64,000 nucleotides of DNA from Oscillospiraceae bacterium. Its GTDB lineage: Bacteria > Bacillota > Clostridia > Oscillospirales > Ruminococcaceae. The notes beneath the pieces are model-generated. The model was not told where the DNA came from. It did no database searches and saw only the letters and a list, made by a program, of their open reading frames with translations. The DNA lies in assembly GCA_900768125.1 (NCBI GenBank), contig CAAGBS010000024.1, positions 8,650 through 72,649 on the forward strand, in the 5' to 3' direction. The translations under genes and the position numbers were made by a program. Positions 30,329 through 39,373 of the stretch are shown here, in pieces (the stretch's first letter is position 1; the number at the start of each line of letters is the position of its first letter).

Positions 30329-30433
30329 ATAGTTTTCCTCCATATTTTTTTATAGCTTATTAATTAAGCTCTGCCTCGGGGCTTTCGCCCCGGGGTAGAA
30401 CCAATTAAGCAGTAAATTCAGCGTTTGCTGAGA

Positions 30434-33400
30434 TTAAGCCTGAGATACAACGTACTTCAGGATTGCGGAAGCATCGAGTGCGTTAACTGCACCATCAGCG
30501 TTGTAGTCGCCAACAGCTACATCAATAGCAGTGTTGTTAACAACAGCCTTCAGGATTGCAGCAGCGTCGAGTGCGTTAACAACGCCATCGCCGTTTACAT
30601 CGCCGAGCAGGGTCTTAACTTCGGTCTGCTTCTTAACTTCAGCCTGGAGAGCCTCATAAGCGGTTCTCAGGTTGTAGTGAGACATCATTACGGAGTTATC
30701 CTGAGGCTTCGGAACGGTCATATCAGTACCGATCAGAGTCCAGCCATCGCCAGTACCCTTGGTGTATACACGGTTGTAATCGAGGAACTTGCGATCAGCA
30801 TCGTAAGCGTCGTTCTCGATAGCGATATCGATGTCGTTCTCCATGGAGCCAACGATGGAGAGTCTGTAAGCAGTCTCTTCCATGGTCTTCTTCAGCTCGT
30901 CAGTAGCCTGGAGCTCGCCCTCGTCCAGCATCTCTGCGTAAGCAGACAGGTTGGTGTAGATCTCGCCAAAGCTGTACTTGAATGCTTCGTAGTCCTTGTT
31001 CAGGTTCTCGTAAGCATTGTTCAGGTTCTCATAAACCTGTGTAGCAGTTCTCTTGTCGATTACCTTGCCATCCTTGTACTTCTTATCCTTGTTAGCGGAA
31101 GCAACCCAGTCGCTTGCAGCCTTACGAGCTGTAACGAGGATGTTGTGAGTGTTCTCGAACAGAGCAGCGTCACCGGTCTTCTCAGCGAGGTCGTAGCTCT
31201 TCTCGAGGAGTGCTACTACGTCAGCCTTGGTGTACTTAGCCTCAGAGAGGTTGTACTTGTCAGCCAGAGCGTACTTGAGGTATCTGTAAACGATGGTCCA
31301 CTCAGCGGTAGAAGCCTTTGCAGAACCTGCAGCGATCTCATCGGTGGTGTTGATAGCGTACAGCGGGTTGGAAGAATCCTTGATCTCTTCCTTGTCGCCC
31401 TTCATGTACAGCTCAGCAAGAGCCATAGCGTCGTCGAGTCTTACCTGAACGTTCTCAACAGCAGAGGAAGCGTTTACAGTAGCCTGTACCTTACCAGTGC
31501 CGATAGCGGGCATCATCCAGTTCTGGCTGAGCAGATACTCAGATGTTGCGTCGATATACTCGTTCATTGTACCAGCGTTGTTTACAACAGTGGTATCAGG
31601 CTGTACGTTTGCGTTTGCAGCAAACATCTCATCGTGCAGCTTCTCAACAGCAGCCTGGAATGCAGCGAAGTCATTAGCAAGTGCAGCGAATTCCTCAGCG
31701 AGGTTCGGAGTTGCCCATGTACCAAGCAGTGCCCAGTCACTTGTAGCCTGCTGGTAAGCGTTCAGTTCGGAACCGCCAGCGAGGTAAGCAGCCAGATTAT
31801 CATAAGCTACTGCAACTGCACGGTAAGCGTCTGCGAGGTCAGAAGATGTGTAAGTCTTGCCCTTATTGAAGCTGCCAGTGATAGCTTCAATAACCTTGCT
31901 CTGCTCAGCAACTACAGACTTGTAGTTCTTGAGTGCTCTCTCAAGACCACCAAAGTAGGTGTTAGCAGCCTTGATCTTCTTGGTTTCGCCAGCGAATTCA
32001 GCAAGCTTTGCTTCCTTAACAGCAGCAGCCTTCTTCTCAGTAGCAGCGATTGTCTTAGCGATAGGAGCTATAGCCTCGTCTACCTTTGCACCAGAAGTGG
32101 TGGAAGCAGCGGTCTCAAGTGTTGCAGCGTTGGTCTGAACGTCAGTTACATAGCCGTTAACGCTGATGAACTGGGTCAGGTCGATTACGCTGTTCTTAGC
32201 GAAGAGCTTATAAGAGCTGTCAACTCTGGATGTAGCGATAGGAGCACCTGTCCACATACCATCCTTGTCAACAGGAATGTAGATAGCCTTGTCAGTGGAC
32301 TTAACCTTGATGGAAGCACCTGTCATCTTGGTTACAGAGAACATATACTCGCCGAGAGTGCTGTTGTAGCCGAAAACATCATTACCGGTGCAAGGAGCCT
32401 GCCAGTTACACTGATGCTCATAGTTCTTGGTGTCAACAGTCTCAAAGGTTCTCTCCCAAGGATCGAGAACTGCATTGCTCGGTACGAAGCTGCCAGACTG
32501 AGAAACCTCGATTGTTGTGCCGCCAGCGAGGATAGCATTGTAGAGGTCGATTGCGCTGTTGTTGCCGTTGTCGTTGTGGAAATCATGTACCAGAACGCCG
32601 CGGTAATCGTTGATCAGCGCGTTTACACTGGACTTGGAAGCTCTGTTGGTGTCATCAGCAGTCCAGTTGGACATCAGATCAACTGCGTTGAGCAGATCTC
32701 TGTATGCTGCAACCATACCGGTATCGGAAGTCTTAGTAACGCTCTTCTCGCCATCGAGGAGTGCATACTGATCATACCAGCCAGCACCGTTGTTCTTCTC
32801 GCCTACGGTCAGTGCGCTGTAGAGAGCACCAAAGGAGATGTTTGTGCCGCCGTTGAACTTCCAGTACTCACCGGTCTTGAAGTCTACCCAACCAGGAAGA
32901 GTGCCTCTTCTCCAGGTGTCGTAGTCATAAACCTTCTGCTTGAGCTGCTCGTAGCTCTTCAGAGCTGCTCTGAACTGGGACTTGGTAACGGTATCGAGAA
33001 GTGCGAGGTTTGCAGCAGCTTCCTCAAGTGCCTCGTAAGCGTCGGAGATGATTCTGCTGTCCTTGGAGTTAAGAACATCGTTTGCATCATCATAAGCGGT
33101 TACGAAAGTATCCCACTGGAGCTTGCCATCTTCGTTCTTGTAGATAGCGTCGTTGAGGTCATCGTTGTAGATGTTGTTGGTCTCATACTTGGACTTGTTA
33201 GCCTTGATGAGAGCAGACAGCTCTTCAGCGGTGTAAACCTTCAGCTGGTTGTAAGTAGCGGTTATCATCTGATAAGCTACAGTGTAATCGTCAACGGTAG
33301 AAGCAGTGTCGTCGATAACAACGTCTGCATACTCCAGAGCGTCGAGGAATCTCTCGCCGGACTTGGAAGCGTAATCGTTGATTTCCTTGGAACGGAAGCC

Positions 33401-33550
33401 CTCAAAAGTCTTTACATAAGCCTCGAGGTCAGCCTTTGTCTTCATCTGCGTGGTAGCAGCAGCTGTGTCTTCTGCGGAAGCTACGACTGCAACAGAGCCG
33501 ATAGCCATAACAGAAGCCATAGCAGAAGCAAGAATTCTTCTTCTTAACAT
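30434..33550 (-). CDS. Large secreted protein with C-terminal dockerin domain
   Basis: Signal peptide; duplicated Ca-binding motifs GDVNGDGVVNALDAAAILK / GDYNADGAVNALDASAILK; strong codon bias; no recognisable catalytic domain. Confidence 0.88.
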   Translation of the reverse strand: MLRRRILASAMASVMAIGSVAVVASAEDTAAATTQMKTKADLEAYVKTFEGFRSKEINDYASKSGERFLDALEYADVVIDDTASTVDDYTVAYQMITATYNQLKVYTAEELSALIKANKSKYETNNIYNDDLNDAIYKNEDGKLQWDTFVTAYDDANDVLNSKDSRIISDAYEALEEAAANLALLDTVTKSQFRAALKSYEQLKQKVYDYDTWRRGTLPGWVDFKTGEYWKFNGGTNISFGALYSALTVGEKNNGAGWYDQYALLDGEKSVTKTSDTGMVAAYRDLLNAVDLMSNWTADDTNRASKSSVNALINDYRGVLVHDFHNDNGNNSAIDLYNAILAGGTTIEVSQSGSFVPSNAVLDPWERTFETVDTKNYEHQCNWQAPCTGNDVFGYNSTLGEYMFSVTKMTGASIKVKSTDKAIYIPVDKDGMWTGAPIATSRVDSSYKLFAKNSVIDLTQFISVNGYVTDVQTNAATLETAASTTSGAKVDEAIAPIAKTIAATEKKAAAVKEAKLAEFAGETKKIKAANTYFGGLERALKNYKSVVAEQSKVIEAITGSFNKGKTYTSSDLADAYRAVAVAYDNLAAYLAGGSELNAYQQATSDWALLGTWATPNLAEEFAALANDFAAFQAAVEKLHDEMFAANANVQPDTTVVNNAGTMNEYIDATSEYLLSQNWMMPAIGTGKVQATVNASSAVENVQVRLDDAMALAELYMKGDKEEIKDSSNPLYAINTTDEIAAGSAKASTAEWTIVYRYLKYALADKYNLSEAKYTKADVVALLEKSYDLAEKTGDAALFENTHNILVTARKAASDWVASANKDKKYKDGKVIDKRTATQVYENLNNAYENLNKDYEAFKYSFGEIYTNLSAYAEMLDEGELQATDELKKTMEETAYRLSIVGSMENDIDIAIENDAYDADRKFLDYNRVYTKGTGDGWTLIGTDMTVPKPQDNSVMMSHYNLRTAYEALQAEVKKQTEVKTLLGDVNGDGVVNALDAAAILKAVVNNTAIDVAVGDYNADGAVNALDASAILKYVVSQA

Positions 33551-33638
33551 AATAGTCCTCCTAGTTGTTTGTTTTTTAAAACATCTCTGAGTTATCGGGC
33601 ACTCGGATGTGTTAAACGGATTTAATGACCGCTCACCA

Positions 33639-33751
33639 CCGTAGTCAACAGCAGATCCAAAAAAGTTTCAAAAAATTTTAATTTTTTTCGAATTTTTTTG
33701 ATTTCTCGGTCTTGCACTACGGTAGTCACGGCTTTTTCGGGAAAAGTTTCA
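33639..33751 (-). promoter_or_regulatory. Two tandem putative ECF-type promoters
   Basis: TGAAAC-N18-TGACTAC-type sites (TGAAAC, 18 nt, GACTAC) at 33670-33641 and 33751-33722. Confidence 0.6.
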
Positions 33752-33800
33752 GCTTTTTTAAAAAATTTCTGAAAAATTCCGCTTTCGCTATGTAAGCGAA

Positions 33801-34655
33801 TTACTTTCTCTTCTTGGAGAGAACAACTGCGCCTGCAGCTACAACAGCTACGCCGGCAACAGCAGCGATACCCTCAACGCCGGTGTCAGGAGAGCCCTTC
33901 TCGGTAGTTGTGGTTGTGGTTGCGGGAGCCTCGGAATCTACAGTAGCAGCGGTGTCAGCGGGAGTCTCGTCAACAACGGGAGTCTCGTCTGCAGCAGCGC
34001 CTGCGCCATAGGTTACGTTGCCAAGAGCGTCGAATGTAGCGAGTACATTGCCGTTGGAGTCGGACAGCTCAGTCTCGATTACTTCGATATCAGACATGGT
34101 GAAGCTCCAAGCCTGCATGAAGATTCTGTAGAGGGAGAGGTTGCCGATGTCGCCGTTAGCAACAGGGTTGATAACGTCAGCTTCGATCTTGTAGGTGTAG
34201 TCGCCTACCTTCTCAGCGATAATGCCCTGAGAATCATCGCGGGTCTCAAGACCGAGATCCTCATCGATAACGCCCCAGAAGTTGCCAGCAGTTGCCCAGT
34301 TGTACTTGTTGTACAGGTCAGCGTCCTGGTTAGTCAGGTCGGAGTGTGCGGAAACAACGATAGCGCCGCCGCCCATGCCGTCCCACCAGTCGCGGTTATC
34401 AGCGTCATCGATAACATCGAAAGTGAACGCTACGTGGGTAACCTTGGAGAGGTCGATGTCAACGGACATTGCAGGAACGTTATCCTTGTTGGTGCCGTCA
34501 GAGAACAGGCAGATACCGTAGTTGCCGGTGCCGTCTGCGAGGCAGTACTCAGCGCCGCCGGTAACAGGGCGGAAGTCTGCGCTTGCGCTGACTGCTACTG
34601 CGGATACAGCTACAACTGCTGCAGCTGCTGCGGAAAGAATCTTTGTGATCTTCAT
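33801..34655 (-). CDS. Sortase-anchored (SPDTG) surface protein, paralog B
   Basis: Signal peptide; Thr-rich linker; SPDTG, TM, KKRK. Confidence 0.85.
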   Translation of the reverse strand: MKITKILSAAAAAVVAVSAVAVSASADFRPVTGGAEYCLADGTGNYGICLFSDGTNKDNVPAMSVDIDLSKVTHVAFTFDVIDDADNRDWWDGMGGGAIVVSAHSDLTNQDADLYNKYNWATAGNFWGVIDEDLGLETRDDSQGIIAEKVGDYTYKIEADVINPVANGDIGNLSLYRIFMQAWSFTMSDIEVIETELSDSNGNVLATFDALGNVTYGAGAAADETPVVDETPADTAATVDSEAPATTTTTTEKGSPDTGVEGIAAVAGVAVVAAGAVVLSKKRK

Positions 34656-34711
34656 AGGATTAATCCTCCTTAAAATTATGTACCCTGTTTAACAGGTGAC
34701 TTACGATTGAA

Positions 34712-35545
34712 TTACTTTCTCTTCTTGGAGAGAATAACTGCGCCAGCTGCTACTGCTGCAACGCCAGCAGCTGCTGCGATACCCTCAACGCCGGTATCAG
34801 GAGAACCCTTCTCGGTTGTTGTGGTTGTAGCTGCGGGAGCCTCGGAATCAACGGTTGCTGCGGTGTCGTCTGCTGCTGCAGTGTCGTCTGCTGCTGCAGT
34901 GTCATCGGAAGATGCTGCATTGTCAGAATCAACATAGCCTGCGCCGTCGAAAGAGATGATAACGTTGCCTGCTGCGTCATAGCAGGTGAGGTCGGTAACA
35001 GTCATATCGAGCATTGTAGCGCCCCATTCCTGGATACCTACCTGAGCGTAGCCGCCGTCGAGGGAAGTTACATCATAGATGCAGTTGTTATCACCGAGTG
35101 TAACGGTACCTGTGTAGGTCAGGTCGCCGGTCTTAACGAACTGAACAGGTTTGTCTGCTGCGAGAGTCTCAAGACCGAGGTCCTCGTCGATAACGCCCCA
35201 GTACTCATTGGAAGGCCAGTTGTGGTCTGCGGGAGTAGCGGAAGCAGGGCCGCAGGAAGTTATGATTCCACCGCCGAATGTGCCATCCCACCAGTCAGGG
35301 TCGGAGGGGGTAACAGTTACGGAAATGGAAGCAATGGAAGCAAGGTCTATGCCATAGTTGACGCCGGGGTTGCCTGTTGACTCATCAGGAGCGTTGTAAA
35401 GGGCTACCATCCACATGCCTGTTGTTGCGGACAGACCAGTATTGATGCCGGTAGGGATAGTAAGGGTCGCGCTTGCGGTCGCAGAAACAGCTGCTGTTGC
35501 TACAGCTGCTGCAGCTACTGCAGAAAGAATCTTTGTGATCTTCAT
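34712..35545 (-). CDS. Sortase-anchored (SPDTG) surface protein, paralog A
   Basis: Shares MKITKILSA, DWWDG, WGVIDEDLGLET and the C-terminal anchor with paralog B. Confidence 0.85.
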   Translation of the reverse strand: MKITKILSAVAAAAVATAAVSATASATLTIPTGINTGLSATTGMWMVALYNAPDESTGNPGVNYGIDLASIASISVTVTPSDPDWWDGTFGGGIITSCGPASATPADHNWPSNEYWGVIDEDLGLETLAADKPVQFVKTGDLTYTGTVTLGDNNCIYDVTSLDGGYAQVGIQEWGATMLDMTVTDLTCYDAAGNVIISFDGAGYVDSDNAASSDDTAAADDTAAADDTAATVDSEAPAATTTTTEKGSPDTGVEGIAAAAGVAAVAAGAVILSKKRK

Positions 35546-35933
35546 AAGAAAATCCTCCTTAAAAACTTTGCCTGCCGGACATTATCCCGGCGGGAAAACC
35601 GTTCAAGGTATACACTGTGCATCGGGACACAGATATCCTTGTAATACAATATACCATTTTCGGGGGCTTTTCGTCAATGTGCAATTTGTATAAATCTTTC
35701 GTCATTTTTTATTCACAATTGTTAACAAGCTGTAATTACTTAAATTCAATATCCATCATTTCGTTTCGCAGAGCGTTTTTAACCGATTTACGCAATTTAC
35801 CTAACCTCATTTTTCATTCATTTTTTTTGAAGCTTTTGTGATGTATTATTCACACTGAAAGTCCGTCTATTCTTCAAATCTGACAAAAACCGCCGTAAAT
35901 TTTATGCAGAATAAACAAAATTGTCTTTTTCTC

Positions 35934-35962
35934 TTGAATTGCCGTCTCAATTGTGATATACT
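35934..35962 (+). promoter_or_regulatory. SigA promoter of the tRNA
   Basis: TTGAAT-17-TATACT. Confidence 0.7.
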
Positions 35963-35977
35963 ATTATAGTGTTAAAC

Positions 35978-36052
35978 GCCTCTTTAGTTAAATGGATATA
36001 ACAGCCCCCTCCTAAGGGGCAGTTGTAGGTTCGATTCCTACAAGGGGTGCCA
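35978..36052 (+). tRNA. tRNA-Arg(CCT)
   Basis: Acceptor GCCTCTT/AAGGGGT, anticodon arm GCCCC-CTCCTAA-GGGGC, T arm GTAGG-TTCGATT-CCTAC, encoded CCA. Confidence 0.97.
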
Positions 36053-36054
36053 AG

Positions 36055-36127
36055 GTTTTGCCGCGATATTCATCGCGGCAAAACATCCGATTTTTCTCAG
36101 CCGTCCCGGAGTGGGACGGCTGTTTTG
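36055..36127 (+). terminator. Two hairpins / terminator after the tRNA
   Basis: GTTTTGCCGCGAT...ATCGCGGCAAAAC and CAGCCGTCCC...GGGACGGCTG-TTTT. Confidence 0.7.
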
Positions 36128-36177
36128 CTTTGTTGATTAAGACTAAAGGTTCCATCAAGACGAACGCAAAAACGAAA

Positions 36178-36320
36178 AATCTCGCTCTCTGCCACTATCT
36201 CAGATGGTTCTGACTATGCTACCCTGTTTATTTATACTCTGCTTGGAAAATTATGCTTTGTAAAGGGAACATGGTTTGAATCTCACTCTCTGCCACTTTC
36301 TCAGATGGTTCTGACTATGC
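36178..36320 (+). repeat. Two 42-bp direct repeats (40/42 identical) containing a tRNA 3'-end-like segment
   Basis: AATCTCRCTCTCTGCCACTWTCTCAGATGGTTCTGACTATGC at 36178-36219 and 36279-36320. Confidence 0.85.
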
Positions 36321-36408
36321 ATCTTGGTTTGCTCAGATAAAATATAGCTTACTGATTCTGAAAAGCACAAAGCCTTCCCGCAGTTTGATTTGCGGAAAGG
36401 CTTTATTG

Positions 36409-38493
36409 TTATAGTATTGAAAGAACAGCCGCCTTTAATCCGTCCGGGTCATCTTCAAAAGCGCAGAACTCGTCAACTTTATAATCGCCGTCCTTATCAA
36501 GCTCGACTGTTCTTACAGATGTATAGTCAGGCAGAGCGGAATTGAGCAGCTTTTCATACTCCTCGCCGGTGACGGAAACGGATTCCCCGTTCTCGTAAAC
36601 ATACCGGTCAACGATTTGCCCATCATAAAGCTGAGTGCCTGCGCTGAGGACAGGTTCAAGCGATGAATCGGTTATGCGATAATAAAAATCGTCTGCATAT
36701 AGATTTTCATTCATGACGCTGCCCGGGTACTTTCGTATTATGTGGAGATACTGCCCCGAAGTGCTTTCAAGTAACTCAAAACCAGTACCGCACATTTCAT
36801 TGCCGAGTTCCGTGATTTCCGTACCGGAAATGCGATAGAACGCCGCTCCATATGATTTGTAATTCGGATAAACGAATGCGGCAAGCCTGCTTCCGTCACT
36901 CAGGTCGAAGCTGAAAACGCTTACCTGCGGAAGAAGAAAATCAATACTTTCGGTTATCGTATCCCACTCTTCAAGCCATATCTGCGAAAGACGGCCGCTC
37001 AATATTTCATTACTGCTGACGTCTGATTTTACAGCTGTATAGTGCGCCCGGGTAAAGTTGTCGGTTATTGCGTCAAAGTCGAAGACGTAAGATATACCGC
37101 TGTCTAAGTCGGTGATAGTGCAGGCTTCCTCGTTGACCGACAGGTTTTTAGAGAGCCAGGTCGTCACGTCCAGCTTAACGCCGGTAACTGCGGAATAATC
37201 CCCTATCAGTTCGGTATAGAATGTCCCGTCCTTTATCGCATTGAAGGTCGTATAGCGTGCCCCGTCGGTATCATAATACCGAAGCGCAGTGATATAATTA
37301 TCACCGAATTGGAACACGTCCGTATATTCGGAAAATCTGTCGGTATAGATCCAGTAATCTCCCTGACCCGCACCGGAATGCGCTCCAGCCATCTCGCTGA
37401 CCGTTTTGCCATCGTATATTTCAATGCCAAAACTGAAACAGCTTATCATTCCCGGGTGACCCTCCAGGTCTGTAGTAACGTGGTCTCCCACAAGCAGTAC
37501 GGTATATTCTCCAGCCCGCTTTGTGTCAAGCACGACATTTCGTGTGCCCATAGCCTGCAGACCTCTTTCCTCAGGGGATATATCCGGAATAACCGCATTA
37601 CTGAGATCAATGTAACCCAGCGGCGAATTTTCAGAATATAACCCCCGGGAGGTCCAGTCGGCGCGCAGAAAACCGGAAAGCTCCACGATATCATATTTCC
37701 GGACGTATCTCACCGGATTGTTGCTGGTGGTAGTATAGACATACTGCTCAGCTTCCGGAATATCCTCCCCAAGCAGAACGCCGTCTGCGGTCACGAATTT
37801 TACCTGCTCCGCTCTCAGATGCCTGCATATCTCTGTTCCGTCAGTTGCGAATATAAGCTCCGGGCAGGCTACGTTCCAGGAATCCTTGTCAAAGCCGGAC
37901 AAGAATGCAGCATAGGTCTCGCCCACGCCGTACAGCGGGTAGTTTTTCACCTGGCTTTCCGCTGTTCCCGCCTGCGCAAGCAGAATATCCATGTCTTCCT
38001 CACGGTCGCTGAGCCAGTCGTAGGTAATGTGCGCAGAAAACAACGTAGAGCCGCTCAGGAATATATCGCTTCCGGTAAGTTCCACTGCTTTGTCCGGCGT
38101 GTACTGCTTCGTGATGGTGAACTCATAGAAATTCATGTTCCCGCTGTATATTTCAAGATGATCCACCAGCGAATCGTAGGAATCCACCGAGCCTGTGCCG
38201 CCGTCCTGCCTTATTTCAACGTCATTGTAAAGATACTGCGGAGCGTTATCCCCGGAATTTTCGGAAGTCTGCGCATTTTCGCCGGGGTTTACCGGACTTT
38301 CCGGCTGTGAGACCGGCATCGGGTCGATAAGGTCAACGCCGCGCGGTTTAGTGACATTCAGCGTCACGACTACCGCCGCGATCACAGCAGTCCCCGCAGC
38401 TGCTCCGATGGAGGCAGTAAGTATACGCCGTCTGCGGAGTACCCTGTCACGCTTTTCGAGAACGCTCCGTGCCATCTCATGACTTGTTTTCAT
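36409..38493 (-). CDS. Putative anti-sigma factor with large extracytoplasmic region
   Basis: Overlaps the ECF sigma 3' end; short basic N-terminus, single TM, about 640-aa external part. Confidence 0.7.
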   Translation of the reverse strand: MKTSHEMARSVLEKRDRVLRRRRILTASIGAAAGTAVIAAVVVTLNVTKPRGVDLIDPMPVSQPESPVNPGENAQTSENSGDNAPQYLYNDVEIRQDGGTGSVDSYDSLVDHLEIYSGNMNFYEFTITKQYTPDKAVELTGSDIFLSGSTLFSAHITYDWLSDREEDMDILLAQAGTAESQVKNYPLYGVGETYAAFLSGFDKDSWNVACPELIFATDGTEICRHLRAEQVKFVTADGVLLGEDIPEAEQYVYTTTSNNPVRYVRKYDIVELSGFLRADWTSRGLYSENSPLGYIDLSNAVIPDISPEERGLQAMGTRNVVLDTKRAGEYTVLLVGDHVTTDLEGHPGMISCFSFGIEIYDGKTVSEMAGAHSGAGQGDYWIYTDRFSEYTDVFQFGDNYITALRYYDTDGARYTTFNAIKDGTFYTELIGDYSAVTGVKLDVTTWLSKNLSVNEEACTITDLDSGISYVFDFDAITDNFTRAHYTAVKSDVSSNEILSGRLSQIWLEEWDTITESIDFLLPQVSVFSFDLSDGSRLAAFVYPNYKSYGAAFYRISGTEITELGNEMCGTGFELLESTSGQYLHIIRKYPGSVMNENLYADDFYYRITDSSLEPVLSAGTQLYDGQIVDRYVYENGESVSVTGEEYEKLLNSALPDYTSVRTVELDKDGDYKVDEFCAFEDDPDGLKAAVLSIL

Positions 38494-39034
38494 ACTCAAA
38501 GCCCTCCTTTTCCAGAATCGTTTTCAGGTTCTGCCTTGCCCTGAACAGAATGCTGTTCCCCTGCCGCTGAGTCTTGTGAATGATATTCGCCGCCTGCGCT
38601 ATGTTCATTTCCTCAAAATAGACGAGATATATCATCTCACGCTGATTCTCCGGCAGCCTTTCCATAGCGTCATACAGCGAACGATAGCGCTCCTGTTCAA
38701 GCAGCCGCTGCTCCGGGCTGCCCGGCAGGAACACTTCCTGTGCCTCGTCTATCGGCACGTTTTTCCGGAACGCCGCGCTGTGAAGATAATTCAGCGCCTT
38801 GTTGCGCGCTATCGTGAAAAGCCAGGTGCGGAATTTCGCGTTTTCGCTGAAACCCGGTCTTTTCACCGCCAGCACCACAAAAGTGTCCTCCGTGAGTTCC
38901 TCCGCGATATCCACGCTTTTGACGTACTGCATAAGGAAAAATATCAGGCTGTCCTTGAACAGTTCTATCACCTGTTCCAGCCCGTAGTTATCCCCCGCAA
39001 GGAAACGCCTGTAAGCCTCTGCACCGTTGTCCAT
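38477..39034 (-). CDS. ECF RNA polymerase sigma factor
   Basis: AEELTEDTF, FRTWLFTIARNKALN, region 4 LPENQRE...LFRARQNLK. Confidence 0.93.
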   Translation of the reverse strand: MDNGAEAYRRFLAGDNYGLEQVIELFKDSLIFFLMQYVKSVDIAEELTEDTFVVLAVKRPGFSENAKFRTWLFTIARNKALNYLHSAAFRKNVPIDEAQEVFLPGSPEQRLLEQERYRSLYDAMERLPENQREMIYLVYFEEMNIAQAANIIHKTQRQGNSILFRARQNLKTILEKEGFEYENKS

Positions 39035-39336
39035 TCTGCCGCCTCCTTTCAGTAATTACCCTTTCACTTAATTAAACAATCCAGAAAGTGAATTGTTTCG
39101 CTGTATTATGATATTTTTTTCAGCGTAAAGCCCGCTTCTATTTTATATAGTATACACAGCATGCAGGACATGACAAGCCGTTTTATATTCTATTATAGCA
39201 TATAATGGTATCAAAACTGCATTATCTAAGGCAAAATATCTTTACTTTTGGCGGGGTTTGTGGTAGAATGTATCATTAAAAAGTCTGACATCACGCCGCT
39301 ACGCCGGCAATATTCCGCTTCGTGAACAGAACATAA

Positions 39337-39371
39337 ATAATACCCGCAGCCGTGTGACTGCGGGTATTTTG
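39337..39371. terminator. Bidirectional terminator
   Basis: AATACCCGCAG...CTGCGGGTATT with A/T flanks. Confidence 0.75.
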
Positions 39372-39373
39372 TG

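Noticed and set aside
30425..33547. 1040-aa plus-strand ORF exactly antisense to the dockerin gene
   Set aside because: Codon-register shadow: the highly biased sense gene avoids TTA/CTA/TCA, so the antisense frame has no stops. No RBS, and the V/S/L-rich product has no motifs.
36178..36320. Possible mini-CRISPR array
   Set aside because: Only two repeats, 42 bp with a 59-bp spacer, no cas genes; the repeat looks tRNA-derived.
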